DNA of 64,000 bases from Candidatus Rokuibacteriota bacterium. GTDB taxonomy: Bacteria; Methylomirabilota; Methylomirabilia; Rokubacteriales; CSP1-6. The stretch covers positions 14,153-78,152 of the forward strand of contig QHSQ01000103.1 in assembly GCA_003221615.1 (NCBI GenBank), given 5' to 3'. Positions 18,442 to 28,156 of the stretch are shown piece by piece. Each line of letters starts with the position of its first letter. Within the stretch, counting starts at the first letter, position 1. The notes under the pieces were generated by a model, which did not search any database, was not told the DNA's origin, and worked only from the letters and a program-made list of their open reading frames with translations. The position numbers were made by a program, and so were the translations under genes.

Positions 18442-20721
18442 CTAGCGCCCGGATGGATCTCGACGCGCCCGCCCGCTCGAGAACACGCGCGCCGGTGTCA
18501 GCGGGAGCGCGGTGATCGAGACATCACGCGGCGACAGCGCGTCGCACACGGCGTTGGCCGTAGCGGCGCCGAGACCGGGGTTGCCGCACTCGCCGAGGCC
18601 GCGCAGGCCGAGCGGGTTGGTCGTTGCGCGAACTTCCTGGTAGAAGCCGTCGACCGGAGGGATGTCGGCCGCCGCGGGCAGCGCGTAGTCCATCAGGGTC
18701 GACGACAGGAGCTGGCCCTCCGCGTCGTAGGCGAGGCTCTCGTGCATCGTGTTGCCGATCCCGAAGGCGACGCCGCCGATCAGTTGGCCGTCGACCAGCG
18801 CGGGATTGACGGCGCGGCCGACGTCGGCGCCCACGACGACGCGTCGCAAGGTGACGACGCCGGTCTCGGGATCGACGTCGGCGACCACGGCCGCCGCGCA
18901 CCCGGCGTAGGTCACCTTCGGCACCTCGAACGAGGCTCCGGCCGCCAGACGCCGCTCGCGTGCCAGGTCGGCGAGCGTGAGGCGTCGCCCGCGCGCCTCG
19001 ACGACACCGCTCGCGTAGGTCACCTCGCTCTCCGGCACGCCCCACGCCTCGGCCGCGCGCTGGCGAGCCTCGGCGATCAGCTTCGCCGCCGCGAGATGCG
19101 CGGCGTTGCCGGCGGTGACGGTCCCGCGCGAGCCGTAGGTGCCGACGCCGCTCTCGACGGCCGCGGTATCGGCGTGTCGCACGTCGAAGCGCGAGGCCGG
19201 CAGACCCAGCGCGTCGCCGAGAATCTGGGCGAGCACGGTCTCGAGCCCGGGGCCCATCGATGAGGCGCCCGTGTCGACGATGAGCCTGCCGTCGGGACGC
19301 GCCTCCACCTGGGTGGTCTCGAAGGGCCCGAGACCAGTCTTCTCGACGTAGATCGCGAGCCCGATCCCGCGGCGCGGCCCCGACGGCCGCGCGTTCATCG
19401 CGGCCTGCTCGGCGCGCGTGCCCGCGTAATCCAGGCGGCGCAGCAGCTCGTCGAAGAGCGCGGGAAAATCACCGGAGTCGTAGACGGTGCTGACTCCGAA
19501 TGACTTGGTGCCGCAGTCGTAGGGCATCTCGTCAGCGCGGATCAGATTGCGACGGCGGATCTCGGCCGGATCGATCCCCAGGCGCGCGGCCGCCTGATCC
19601 AGCAGGCGCTCGCGGACGAAGTTGCACTCCGGGCGCCCGGGCGAGCGCAAGGTGCCGGCCGGCGTCTTGTTGGTCACGACCGACCAGAGATCGCAGCCAT
19701 AGTTCGGCACCCGGTACGGACCGGGCAGTAGCGCCGCGCCGAACTCGGCGGGCACCAGCGCCGCGGTGCGGACGTAGGCGCCGATGTCCGCATGGATCAC
19801 CGCGCGCATGGCCAGAATGCGCCCGTCGCGATCGAAACCCATCTCGATCTCGTACGCAACCTCGCGCGCGTGGTTGGCGGCCATGAGGTTCTCACGCCGG
19901 CTCTCGATCCACTTCACCGGGCGGCCGAGCTTCAGCGAGGCGAGCGGCACCAGGATGTCCTCGGGATAGAGCTCCCCCCGGACGCCGAAGCCGCCGCCCA
20001 CGTCCACCTCGGTGAGGCGCAGAGCACCCACCGGGATGCCGAAGATCGGCGCCAGGATCGTCCGGTTGATGTGGATGCACTTGGTCGAGCCGATCAGGTG
20101 CAGCTCGCCGCCGCGCGGGTCGGGCGGCACCGCGACGAGCCCGCGCGTCTCCAGCGCCGCCGCGGTCTGCCGCGGGTAGGTGAACCGCTCGCGCAGCGTG
20201 AGCTGGGCGCCGGCGAGCGCCGCATCGGCGTCGCCCACGCGCATCGTGATCGTCGCGACGTTGTTCGAGTCGGTGCCCGCGAACAGCCGCGCGGCTCCGG
20301 CCCCGAGCGCCTCGCCGGTCGAGGCGCACGCGGCCAGCGGCTGGTAGACGACGTCGATCCGGTCGAGCGCGTCGCGGGCGATGTAGGGATCGTCGGCGAC
20401 GACGAGCGCCACCGGCTCGCCCACGTAGCGGACGACGTCGCGGGCGATGGCCGGTTGCAGGTACCGGTCAGTCCCTTTCGGCGCGGGGACGCGGTTGGGG
20501 ATGATCGCGGCGGCCGGCACATCGGCCGCCGTCAGCACGACATGCACGCCGGGCAAGTCCCGCGCGCGCTTTGCGTCGATCGACACCAGCCTCGCGTGGG
20601 CGTGGGGGGAGCGCAGCACCGCGGCGTGGAGCAAGCCCGTCACGCGGACGTCTTCGACGAAGCGGCCCGTGCCCGCGACGAACCGATCGCCGCCCAGACG
20701 AGGGTGAGCCTCACCGATCAT
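18442..20721 (-). CDS. xanthine dehydrogenase/aldehyde oxidase family molybdopterin-binding subunit
   Basis: 759 aa. N-terminal hammerhead region (RFVEDVRVTGLLHAAVLRSPHAHA), VGGGFGVRGE, and catalytic-Glu region LGLRGLGECGNPG. Confidence 0.85.
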   Translation of the reverse strand: MIGEAHPRLGGDRFVAGTGRFVEDVRVTGLLHAAVLRSPHAHARLVSIDAKRARDLPGVHVVLTAADVPAAAIIPNRVPAPKGTDRYLQPAIARDVVRYVGEPVALVVADDPYIARDALDRIDVVYQPLAACASTGEALGAGAARLFAGTDSNNVATITMRVGDADAALAGAQLTLRERFTYPRQTAAALETRGLVAVPPDPRGGELHLIGSTKCIHINRTILAPIFGIPVGALRLTEVDVGGGFGVRGELYPEDILVPLASLKLGRPVKWIESRRENLMAANHAREVAYEIEMGFDRDGRILAMRAVIHADIGAYVRTAALVPAEFGAALLPGPYRVPNYGCDLWSVVTNKTPAGTLRSPGRPECNFVRERLLDQAAARLGIDPAEIRRRNLIRADEMPYDCGTKSFGVSTVYDSGDFPALFDELLRRLDYAGTRAEQAAMNARPSGPRRGIGLAIYVEKTGLGPFETTQVEARPDGRLIVDTGASSMGPGLETVLAQILGDALGLPASRFDVRHADTAAVESGVGTYGSRGTVTAGNAAHLAAAKLIAEARQRAAEAWGVPESEVTYASGVVEARGRRLTLADLARERRLAAGASFEVPKVTYAGCAAAVVADVDPETGVVTLRRVVVGADVGRAVNPALVDGQLIGGVAFGIGNTMHESLAYDAEGQLLSSTLMDYALPAAADIPPVDGFYQEVRATTNPLGLRGLGECGNPGLGAATANAVCDALSPRDVSITALPLTPARVFSSGRARRDPSGR

Positions 20722-20785
20722 CGCGCCATCCTAGCACTGTGGTAGCGTAGCGGCGCGAACCGTGACGGGATCCCAGGAGAGCGCC

Positions 20786-21853
20786 ATGCCGCGCCCCGAT
20801 ACGATGAAGGCGATGATCCTGCCGGAGTTCGGAGCTCCGCTCCGGCTTGCGACGGTGCCCGTGCCGAAGATCGGGCCCAACGACGTACTGCTCCGCGTCC
20901 GCGCGACGGGCGTCGGGCTGACCGTCGTGATCATGACCCGAGTTCCCGGCCGTGTGACGTCGTTTCCGCGGATCCCCGGCCACGAGGTGGCCGGGGAGGT
21001 CGTCGAGCTGGGCTCCGAGGTTGCCCACGTCAAGGTCGGCGATCGTGTCACCTGTCACTTCTATCTGACCTGTGGCGTCTGTCACTTCTGCCGGAGCGGG
21101 CGCGAGACCTTGTGTCCGGCTTCGCCCGGCAACGTGGGCATGGCGTGCGACGGCGCCTACGCGGAATACATGGCGCTCCCGGCCCGGAACATCGTGGCGA
21201 TTCCACAGAGCGTCAGCGACGTCGACGCCGCGATCGCCGCCGACGCGATCGCGACTCCTTATCACGCGTGCAGGGAAGAAGCGCGCGTTGGCCCCGGCGA
21301 TCTCGTGCTGATCGTGGGCGCGGGCGGTGGAGTCGGCATCCACGCCGTGCAGATGGCCAAGCTCGCGGGCGGGTGGGTGCTGGCCGCCGACATCACCGAC
21401 GACAAGCTCGCGGCCGCGAAGGACAGCGGCGCCGACGCGCTGATCGACGTCCGCCGCGGCGAGCTGGCCGGACAGGTGATGAAGCTCACGGGCGGCCGCG
21501 GCGTGGATGCGGCCATCGACTTCGTGGCCTCGCGGGAGACGCTCGACGGCTCGCTCAAATCACTGGCGCGTGCGGGAAGGCTCGTGATCATCGGCAGCCG
21601 GCCCACCGCCGCCTTTGGCGTGGACTCGAGCTTCACCGTGGATCCGCGCCACGTGCTCGGCTCGATGCTCGAGATCCACGGCTCGCGCTACGTCACGCTG
21701 ACCGAGATCGCGCAGACGCTCGAGCTCCTGCGACAGAAGCGCATCCGAGCGATCGTCAGCCGGACGTTCCCGCTCGAAGGCGCCGAGGAGGCGCACGAGC
21801 TCCTTCGAAAGAATTCGCTGGTCGGCCGGGCCGCGCTCGTCCTCGGTTCCTGA
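20786..21853 (+). CDS. zinc-dependent alcohol dehydrogenase (MDR family)
   Basis: AGGAGA lies 5 nt before the ATG at 20786. Motifs GHEVAGEVVELG, CGVCHFCRSG and GAGGGVG (Rossmann). Confidence 0.8.
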   Translation: MPRPDTMKAMILPEFGAPLRLATVPVPKIGPNDVLLRVRATGVGLTVVIMTRVPGRVTSFPRIPGHEVAGEVVELGSEVAHVKVGDRVTCHFYLTCGVCHFCRSGRETLCPASPGNVGMACDGAYAEYMALPARNIVAIPQSVSDVDAAIAADAIATPYHACREEARVGPGDLVLIVGAGGGVGIHAVQMAKLAGGWVLAADITDDKLAAAKDSGADALIDVRRGELAGQVMKLTGGRGVDAAIDFVASRETLDGSLKSLARAGRLVIIGSRPTAAFGVDSSFTVDPRHVLGSMLEIHGSRYVTLTEIAQTLELLRQKRIRAIVSRTFPLEGAEEAHELLRKNSLVGRAALVLGS

Positions 21854-21857
21854 CGCC

Positions 21858-23417
21858 TCAGCGCGAGCCGAGGAATGTCTTGGCTCGCGCGATCTCCGGA
21901 CGCGCGGTGTCGGCCTTGCCGGTCAGCGCGACGAGCTTTTCGTAATAGCCGGCGGCCTTCGGCCGATCGCCGGCCACCTCGGCCGCTCGCGCGGCGCCGT
22001 AGAGACTGCGGTAGCGGTTCGGATTCTCCTTCAGCGAGGCCTCGAACTCGCGGAGCGCCGCGGAGGCCTGGCCCTGTTGCAGGAGAAGCTCGCCGAGCAG
22101 CTCGCGCATCGGGTAAAGCCGGTTCTCCATCGCCACGTGCTTGACGCTGCTGTCCTCGCCGTCGGCCGCGGCGCGCATGAGCTTCAGCGCCTGGTCGGAT
22201 GGACCCTCGGCCAGGGCGACCCAGGCCGAGACCGCGAGCATCTGCTCCTCGGTCCGGTCGGCCCAGTAAGATTGATTCGATTTCTCGAGCGCGGTGCGCA
22301 GCTCCTGCATCGCCTGGATCTCTTGCTTGGCCCCGGCCAGGTTGCCGCTCCGGGCCATGCCGAGCCCGCGGGTGAAGCGCACGAGCGAGTCGGCCTGTTG
22401 CCGTCCGGTGCTCACGACCGGCAGCGCGGCGGCGCCCACCCAATCGCCGCGCTCGAGCACGTAGCGCGCGGGAACGACCGCGACCGCCGTGAAGCCGGCG
22501 ATGTTCGGGTATTCCTGCTTCGGCACTGCGGCGATCTGATCGACCAGCGCCTTCGTCCTCGCGTCCTGCGCGAGCTGCAGATGCGCGTACACCATGAAGT
22601 CGGTCGCGTGGTAGTAGTCGGGCTGGATCTCCAGCGCCGAGCGGTTCGAGGCGATCGAGTCCTCCCACATCCCAACCATCGAGTAGATGTGCGACGGCAT
22701 GTGACGGGCGTGGGGCGCCGCCGGCGCGATGCGGCCGTACGCGGCCGCGATCTTGATGCCCTTGTCGGCGAGCGGTGGATAGTCATAGGCGTGGACCAGG
22801 TAGTGCGCCACGCCCGGATGGTCGGGGTTCTGCTTGAACAGGCGCTCCAGGATCTCCGCCGACTTGAGCTGGTTGGCGTAGGTCTTGTCGTTCTTGGGTG
22901 CCGAGGCCTGCAGGGTCAGCGCGTAGTAGACGGACGCCTCGAAATCATCGGGGTAGCGCTGCGCCAGCTGCTCCATCGCCTTCGTGTAAGCAGCCATCCT
23001 CGTGTTCAGCGGCACCTTGTCGTGATCGCGGTAGTAGGCGCCGATCGCCTCGATCCAGTCACGCTCACGCTGGGTCTTCGGCCCGATCGCCCGAGCCTTG
23101 TCGAGCGCCTCGGACGCCGCCACGGCGTCTTTCGGCGAAGGCGCCCCCGCCAGCGAGTTTCCGAGGTAGTTCACGGCCAGCCCCCAGTACGCCATCGCGC
23201 ACTTCGGGTCCTGCTGGATGACGCCGTCGAACACCGTGCGCGCCTCCGTGAACCAGTACGAGTGCAGCATCGCCACGCCGCGCTCGAACTGCGCCTGCAC
23301 CTTGGCGTCGCAGGAGGTCGGGAACGAGACCTTGCCGAGCTTGTCCTGGGCAAGCCCGGGGACCGTGAGCGCCGCGAGGACGAGGACAACCGCGATCGAA
23401 GCCAGCGCCGTCTTCAT
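21858..23417 (-). CDS. secreted TPR-like repeat protein of unknown function
   Basis: AAGGAGG precedes the ATG at 23417. Signal peptide MKTALASIAVVLVLAALTVPGLA. Helical-repeat composition with His-rich blocks HYLVHAYD and HARHMPSHIY. Confidence 0.6.
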   Translation of the reverse strand: MKTALASIAVVLVLAALTVPGLAQDKLGKVSFPTSCDAKVQAQFERGVAMLHSYWFTEARTVFDGVIQQDPKCAMAYWGLAVNYLGNSLAGAPSPKDAVAASEALDKARAIGPKTQRERDWIEAIGAYYRDHDKVPLNTRMAAYTKAMEQLAQRYPDDFEASVYYALTLQASAPKNDKTYANQLKSAEILERLFKQNPDHPGVAHYLVHAYDYPPLADKGIKIAAAYGRIAPAAPHARHMPSHIYSMVGMWEDSIASNRSALEIQPDYYHATDFMVYAHLQLAQDARTKALVDQIAAVPKQEYPNIAGFTAVAVVPARYVLERGDWVGAAALPVVSTGRQQADSLVRFTRGLGMARSGNLAGAKQEIQAMQELRTALEKSNQSYWADRTEEQMLAVSAWVALAEGPSDQALKLMRAAADGEDSSVKHVAMENRLYPMRELLGELLLQQGQASAALREFEASLKENPNRYRSLYGAARAAEVAGDRPKAAGYYEKLVALTGKADTARPEIARAKTFLGSR

Positions 23418-23598
23418 ACAGCCTCCTTGCTTCACTGGTGCCGTTTCTCCTGGGATCCACGCAGGCTCCTGGCGCCGTACGCGCCGAGCAATTCGTCGAG
23501 GAGCTGGTGGCGTACTCGCGGCGGGCATACCCGCGGCCCAAGCTCACCCGGCGCGCGCCGCCGATACTGCGACCGAGGGAGTCGCGACCCGGCTTGCC

Positions 23599-25278
23599 CT
23601 AGTGCCGGCCGGCGCGAAGGACGCGCCCGGGTAGCACGCCCGTGTGCTTGCCGTGCTCCAGGACCACCTGGCCGCCCACGACGACGTGCGACACGCCGTC
23701 GGCGCCCTGCACGCGACGCGGCGTGCCGGACGGTCCGTCGTGGGTGACTTCGTCCTCCTTGATGCCGATCGACGCGAGGTCGAACACCATCAGGTCGGCC
23801 GCCAGTCCTTCGCGAATCATGCCGCGGTCACGCAGGCCCATGATGCGGGCGGGCTGGAAGGTGTACCGGCGGATCGCGTCCTCGAGCGTGAGCAGCGCGC
23901 GATCGCGCACCCACTGGCCCAGCACGTAGCTCGACTCACCGGCCGTGCAGAAGTTGGTGTTCAGGTGAGCGCCGGCGTCCGACTGCGTCGGCAGCGCGTG
24001 GCCGCTCTTCACCATGTCGGCGATCTGGGTCTCTTCCTCGTTCGAGCGCGTCATCAGCTGGAACTCGGTGTCGAGCCCTTCCTCGAGCGCCAGGTCGAGC
24101 ATGACGTCGGCGACGTGCTTGTTCTGCTTCTCGGCGAGCGCCGTGAGGCTCTGGTCGACGAGCCCCTGATTCTTGGCGAGCTTCACCTTGCGGACGAAGA
24201 TCGAGCTCCAGGGCACGAGCCGGCCCGGCACGCCCGGCCGCCGCCGCTGGGGCTTCAGCGCTTGGTCGCGCATCTTCGCGCGCCGCTCGGAGTCGGCGAG
24301 CGCGGCCAGCCGATCGGCGGGGCGCAGCTGCATGACGACGTCCCACACGTCGAGGTTGTGGAAGAAGGTCGTCTTCTTCAGCGTGAACCGCGGATTGAAG
24401 GGGATGGCCCGCAGCAGGTTGTAGAGCTGGGCACCTTCGCGCGAGGCCTTCTCCACGTACGGCCAGGCATTCGTGTCGAAGCTCAGGAAGAACACCGGGC
24501 GGCCGCTCGTCACGGCCACGTCGCGCAGGTGGTCGAGATCGGCTGGGCTTGGCTTGCCGGCGCCCTTGGGCAGGATCTCGATGATCCCGCGGTTGAACTC
24601 GCCGAGCGTGCGGCCGAGGGCCACGCGCTCCTCGTCCGCGGCGAGCCGAGTCGGCACCGGCTGGCCCTGCGGACCCGCGTGGGTCGGAGAGTCCGTCGTG
24701 CTCCATCCCCACGCCCCGGCCTCGAGCGACTCGCGCAGTAGCCGCTGCATGTGAGCGATCTCGTCCGGCGTCGCGGCGCGGTCCCAGGCGGCCTGGTCCA
24801 TCGCCGAGAGGCGCAAGGGATTGTGGCCGACCAGCGGCATCAGGTTGAGCCCGAGCCCGATGTCGATCGCGTTCAGGTATTCGTCGAAGTTCTCCCAGTT
24901 CCACGGAACGACGGACGCGAGCGAGCGCACCGGGATGTCCTCGACGCAGCAGAACGTCGCGAGCATCGCGTCGCGATGCTCGGGCCGCAGCGGGGCCAGG
25001 GTCAGGCCGCAGTTGCCCATGAGGACCGTCGTCACCCCGTGCCAGATCGAGGAGGTGCAGAGCTTGTCCCAGAACGGTTGGGCATCGTAGTGTGTGTGGG
25101 TATCGATGATGCCGGGCGCCACGAAGTGCCCCTCGGCGTCGATCGTCGAGGTCGCCGCACCCCGGATCTTACCGATCTCGACGATCGCACCGTCCTTGAC
25201 CGCGACGTCGGCGCGATAGCGGGAGAAGCCGGAACCGTCGACGACCATGCCGTTCTTGATGACCAGGTCGTAAGACAT
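23599..25278 (-). CDS. N-acyl-D-amino-acid deacylase (D-aminoacylase) family amidohydrolase
   Basis: GGGAGG precedes the ATG at 25278. MSYDLVIKNGMVVDGSG...DAEGHFVAPGIIDTHTHYD is the typical N-terminal metal-binding region. Confidence 0.8.
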   Translation of the reverse strand: MSYDLVIKNGMVVDGSGFSRYRADVAVKDGAIVEIGKIRGAATSTIDAEGHFVAPGIIDTHTHYDAQPFWDKLCTSSIWHGVTTVLMGNCGLTLAPLRPEHRDAMLATFCCVEDIPVRSLASVVPWNWENFDEYLNAIDIGLGLNLMPLVGHNPLRLSAMDQAAWDRAATPDEIAHMQRLLRESLEAGAWGWSTTDSPTHAGPQGQPVPTRLAADEERVALGRTLGEFNRGIIEILPKGAGKPSPADLDHLRDVAVTSGRPVFFLSFDTNAWPYVEKASREGAQLYNLLRAIPFNPRFTLKKTTFFHNLDVWDVVMQLRPADRLAALADSERRAKMRDQALKPQRRRPGVPGRLVPWSSIFVRKVKLAKNQGLVDQSLTALAEKQNKHVADVMLDLALEEGLDTEFQLMTRSNEEETQIADMVKSGHALPTQSDAGAHLNTNFCTAGESSYVLGQWVRDRALLTLEDAIRRYTFQPARIMGLRDRGMIREGLAADLMVFDLASIGIKEDEVTHDGPSGTPRRVQGADGVSHVVVGGQVVLEHGKHTGVLPGRVLRAGRH

Positions 25279-25362
25279 CAGTACCCTCCCAGGCTGAGCG
25301 GGAGCTGCTCGATTTGTGGGCGATTGTCCCACAGAAACGCGGGCTTCGTCAGGAGTCTCTCT

Positions 25363-25992
25363 TCATCCGAAAGCGCGCCTCGGCCGGCGGGCCGGCAACA
25401 GCGGCTTCTGACCGGGATGCAGCTGCTGGTCGACTGCGTCGAGGATGATCGCCGTCATCGCGTAGTTGCCCATGAGCGCGGCCAGCTCGAGGACGCCGCG
25501 GCGCCCGAAGAGGTCGACCGCGCGGGCAAACGTCGCAGAGCTGAGCTTCCGTTTGCGGAACAGCTCGCGCCCGAACGCGATGATGATCGCCTCGCGCTTG
25601 CCCAGTCGCTTGCCCGGTCGCCCGATGGGCTGCCGGCGCTTCACGACCTCGATGATCCGCGCATCGAGGCCTTCGGCCAGGGCGGCCGGCTCGTGCGCGG
25701 TCCACTCGAACTGGTTGTCGAGCTCGCGCGCCGTCACGAGGATCGCCAGCTCGGTCAGGCGTCGATCCAGCGCGGTCTCGAAGCGCAGGTACTGATTGGC
25801 CGCTCTCAGGTAGCCTGCGAGCTTCGGCGAATGGAGCCAGATGCCGCTCGGGCCGCGCAGCCCGACCAGGGTCCGACTCTGAGGGCTCACCACCGTGTCG
25901 TAGTGCTGCCGGCCCTCCGCGTCGAGCTCGTGCCGCTCGAGCAGCGGCAGGCGCGACAGGGAAGCCTCATGTACGTCCCGCGGCAGCCTCAA
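25363..25992 (-). CDS. carboxymuconolactone decarboxylase (AhpD-like) family protein
   Basis: CMD-type core (LTELAILVTARELDNQFEWTAHEPAA). The proposed TTG start at 25992 overlaps the upstream stop (TTGA). The longer ORF to 26211 would overlap the NHL gene. Confidence 0.6.
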   Translation of the reverse strand: MRLPRDVHEASLSRLPLLERHELDAEGRQHYDTVVSPQSRTLVGLRGPSGIWLHSPKLAGYLRAANQYLRFETALDRRLTELAILVTARELDNQFEWTAHEPAALAEGLDARIIEVVKRRQPIGRPGKRLGKREAIIIAFGRELFRKRKLSSATFARAVDLFGRRGVLELAALMGNYAMTAIILDAVDQQLHPGQKPLLPARRPRRAFG

Positions 25993-26852
25993 CGCTTGTG
26001 CACGTACTTCGTCAGTCGCTTGCCTCCCGCCTCCGCGAGGTAGATGTCGCCGACCGAGTCCACCCAGAGCCCGTGGCCCGAAGGCGAGTCGAAGCGCGCC
26101 AGCACCTTGCCGTTTCGATCGAGGATGCTGACGGACGGCCTGAGCTCGCTGACGTAGGCGACTTGCCGCGCGTTGAAGTAGATGTCGGTCGGACGATGGA
26201 TGTCGCGCCACTGGGAGACGAACTTACCGCTCCCGTTGAACACCTGGATGCGGCTATTCTCCCGATCGCAGACGTAGACGAACCCCTCCGGATCGACCCA
26301 CAGGCTGTGCGGCAGGTGGAACTCTCCCGGCTCGTGCTTACCCGGTGTGCCCCACGAGGAGAGCAAGGCACCCTGGGCCGAGAAGCGATGGACCCGGCTG
26401 TTGCGGTAGCCATCGGACACGTAGAGATCGCCCGACGGAGCCACGACCATCTCGGTGGGCTTGTTGAACGGCCCGGCCGAGCGCGGCGGCAGCTCGATGT
26501 CCTTCGTGGCCCCCGTGTCGGACGGCTGGCCGCGCGTACCCAGGACCATCAGGGGCTTGCCGTCCAGGGTGAACTTCAGCGCCACGTGGTCGTCCCGGTC
26601 GGTGAGATAGATCACGTCGTCGATGATCGCGATCCCGTGAGGATCCTTGATGGCGCTGCTGCCCCAAGAAGTGAGGTAGCTGCCGTCGCGATCGAACACG
26701 ACGATCGGCGGATCCTTGCGCTGAAACGCGTAGACGCGGTCTTGCGAGTCGGTCGCCACCGCGCTCACCGGACCCCACGTCCAGCCGGCGGGCAGCTTCG
26801 CCCACGATTCCACCACCTCGTATTGATAGCTGCCGCTGCCGACGGTCGTCAT
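25989..26852 (-). CDS. NHL-repeat six-bladed beta-propeller protein (peptidyl-alpha-hydroxyglycine lyase-like)
   Basis: Repeated NHL-like blades (PHGIAIIDDVIYLTDR, PTEMVVAPSGDLYVSDGYRNSRVHRF, PHSLWVDPEGFVYVCDRENSRIQVF). GGAGG lies 5 nt before the ATG at 26852. Confidence 0.7.
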   Translation of the reverse strand: MTTVGSGSYQYEVVESWAKLPAGWTWGPVSAVATDSQDRVYAFQRKDPPIVVFDRDGSYLTSWGSSAIKDPHGIAIIDDVIYLTDRDDHVALKFTLDGKPLMVLGTRGQPSDTGATKDIELPPRSAGPFNKPTEMVVAPSGDLYVSDGYRNSRVHRFSAQGALLSSWGTPGKHEPGEFHLPHSLWVDPEGFVYVCDRENSRIQVFNGSGKFVSQWRDIHRPTDIYFNARQVAYVSELRPSVSILDRNGKVLARFDSPSGHGLWVDSVGDIYLAEAGGKRLTKYVHKR

Positions 26853-26974
26853 GAGGGCCTCCATGTCGCGTGACGGTTGCGCCGATCCTGCGCCTTTCGG
26901 CCGTCACGCGCAACACACCCGCTCGGAGGTATGATTCGGCCACCGCGGACCGAACGAAGAAAGGAAGGGGCCCT

Positions 26975-27616
26975 ATGCCAGGCAACACGGACCTGTTCGA
27001 GATCATGCAGACGATGCGCGCGATGCGCCGACTGAAGCCCGACCCGGTGCCCGACGAGCTGATCAAGAAGATCCTCCAGGCCGGCGCCTGCGCGCCCAAC
27101 GGGGGCAACACGCAGCGCTGGCGGTTCCTCGTGATCAAGGACACGAAGATCAAGCAGGGCGTGCAGGTCTGGTACAAGCGCGCCTTCGACGAGGTCGTCG
27201 GGCCGCGCTATCTGAAGAGCGCGCCGCCGCCCGGCGTCAGCCGCGAGCAGTACAACCGGCAGCACGCGGCGGTGGAATATCTGACCGACCACTTCCACGA
27301 GGCTCCCGTGTGGATCGTGGCGTGCCTCGAGGAAGGAACGACGGCTCCTACGCGCAGCTCCGGCGCGTCGATCTATCCGGCGGTGCAGAACATGCTGCTC
27401 GCGGCCCGCGCCCTCGGGCTGGGCGCCACCCTGACGACCCGGCATCTCCTGTACGAGAAGGAGGCCGAAGCCGCGCTCGGCCTCCCGCCGGGGGCTCACT
27501 CGTACGCGATCCTGCCCATCGGCTACCCGATGGGGAAATTCGGACCAGTCGGCCGCGGGCCGCTCAAAGAGATCGTCTTCCAAGACCGCTGGGGCACTCC
27601 CTACCAGGGCGTGTGA
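26975..27616 (+). CDS. nitroreductase family protein
   Basis: The ATG at 26975 follows AGGAAGGGG. RAMRRLKPDPVPDELIKKILQAGACAPNGGNTQRWRFLV is typical of the nitroreductase fold. Confidence 0.75.
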   Translation: MPGNTDLFEIMQTMRAMRRLKPDPVPDELIKKILQAGACAPNGGNTQRWRFLVIKDTKIKQGVQVWYKRAFDEVVGPRYLKSAPPPGVSREQYNRQHAAVEYLTDHFHEAPVWIVACLEEGTTAPTRSSGASIYPAVQNMLLAARALGLGATLTTRHLLYEKEAEAALGLPPGAHSYAILPIGYPMGKFGPVGRGPLKEIVFQDRWGTPYQGV

Positions 27617-27637
27617 GCGGCGGACGGGAGGTCATCC

Positions 27638-28156
27638 ATGGCCATCAAGCTGATCCACCACGTGAACGTCCAGATCAGCGATCGGGAGCGGACCCGGGCG
27701 TGGTACGAGAAGGTGCTCGGCGCCGAGTTCCTCGACCGGGGCCCCGCGCTGAATCGCCGGCAGCTCCAGCTGAGACTCGGCTGCGGCGAGATCCACTTCA
27801 CCGTGACGCCGCGCCCGATCATCGTGGCGTCGAGCCACTTCGCGATCGAGGTCGACGACTGGGAAGCCACCCTGGCCCATCTCGATGAGCTCGGCATCCC
27901 GCACGTCAGGACGTCGGCCGCCAGCACCGGCACCGACATCGGCGGCACCGACCCGCAGCAGGGGCGCCGCGAGGACAGCAGCGAGCACTACACGTACATC
28001 AAGGACCCGGACGGCAACCTGATCGAGCTCGTGAACCATCCGCTGGGACTGCAGGACTCCCAGGGCCGAAAGGTCGAGGTCACGCACAATCCCAAGGGGC
28101 TGCGCTGGGTCCAGATCCCCGGGTTCGTCGAGGCCGAGGCCGGGCGCGAACGATGA
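27638..28156 (+). CDS. VOC (glyoxalase/bleomycin resistance/dioxygenase) family protein
   Basis: 172 aa. IHHVNVQISD...HFAIEV...YIKDPDGNLIELV fits the VOC pattern. GGGAGG RBS. Confidence 0.7.
   Translation: MAIKLIHHVNVQISDRERTRAWYEKVLGAEFLDRGPALNRRQLQLRLGCGEIHFTVTPRPIIVASSHFAIEVDDWEATLAHLDELGIPHVRTSAASTGTDIGGTDPQQGRREDSSEHYTYIKDPDGNLIELVNHPLGLQDSQGRKVEVTHNPKGLRWVQIPGFVEAEAGRER

Noticed and set aside
20722-20785. TAGC-rich segment (CTAGCACTGTGGTAGCGTAGCG) in the divergent region between the Mo subunit and the alcohol dehydrogenase, considered as an operator
   Set aside because: Only short 4-nt repeats are present, with no dyad symmetry and no second occurrence in the window. That is too weak to call.
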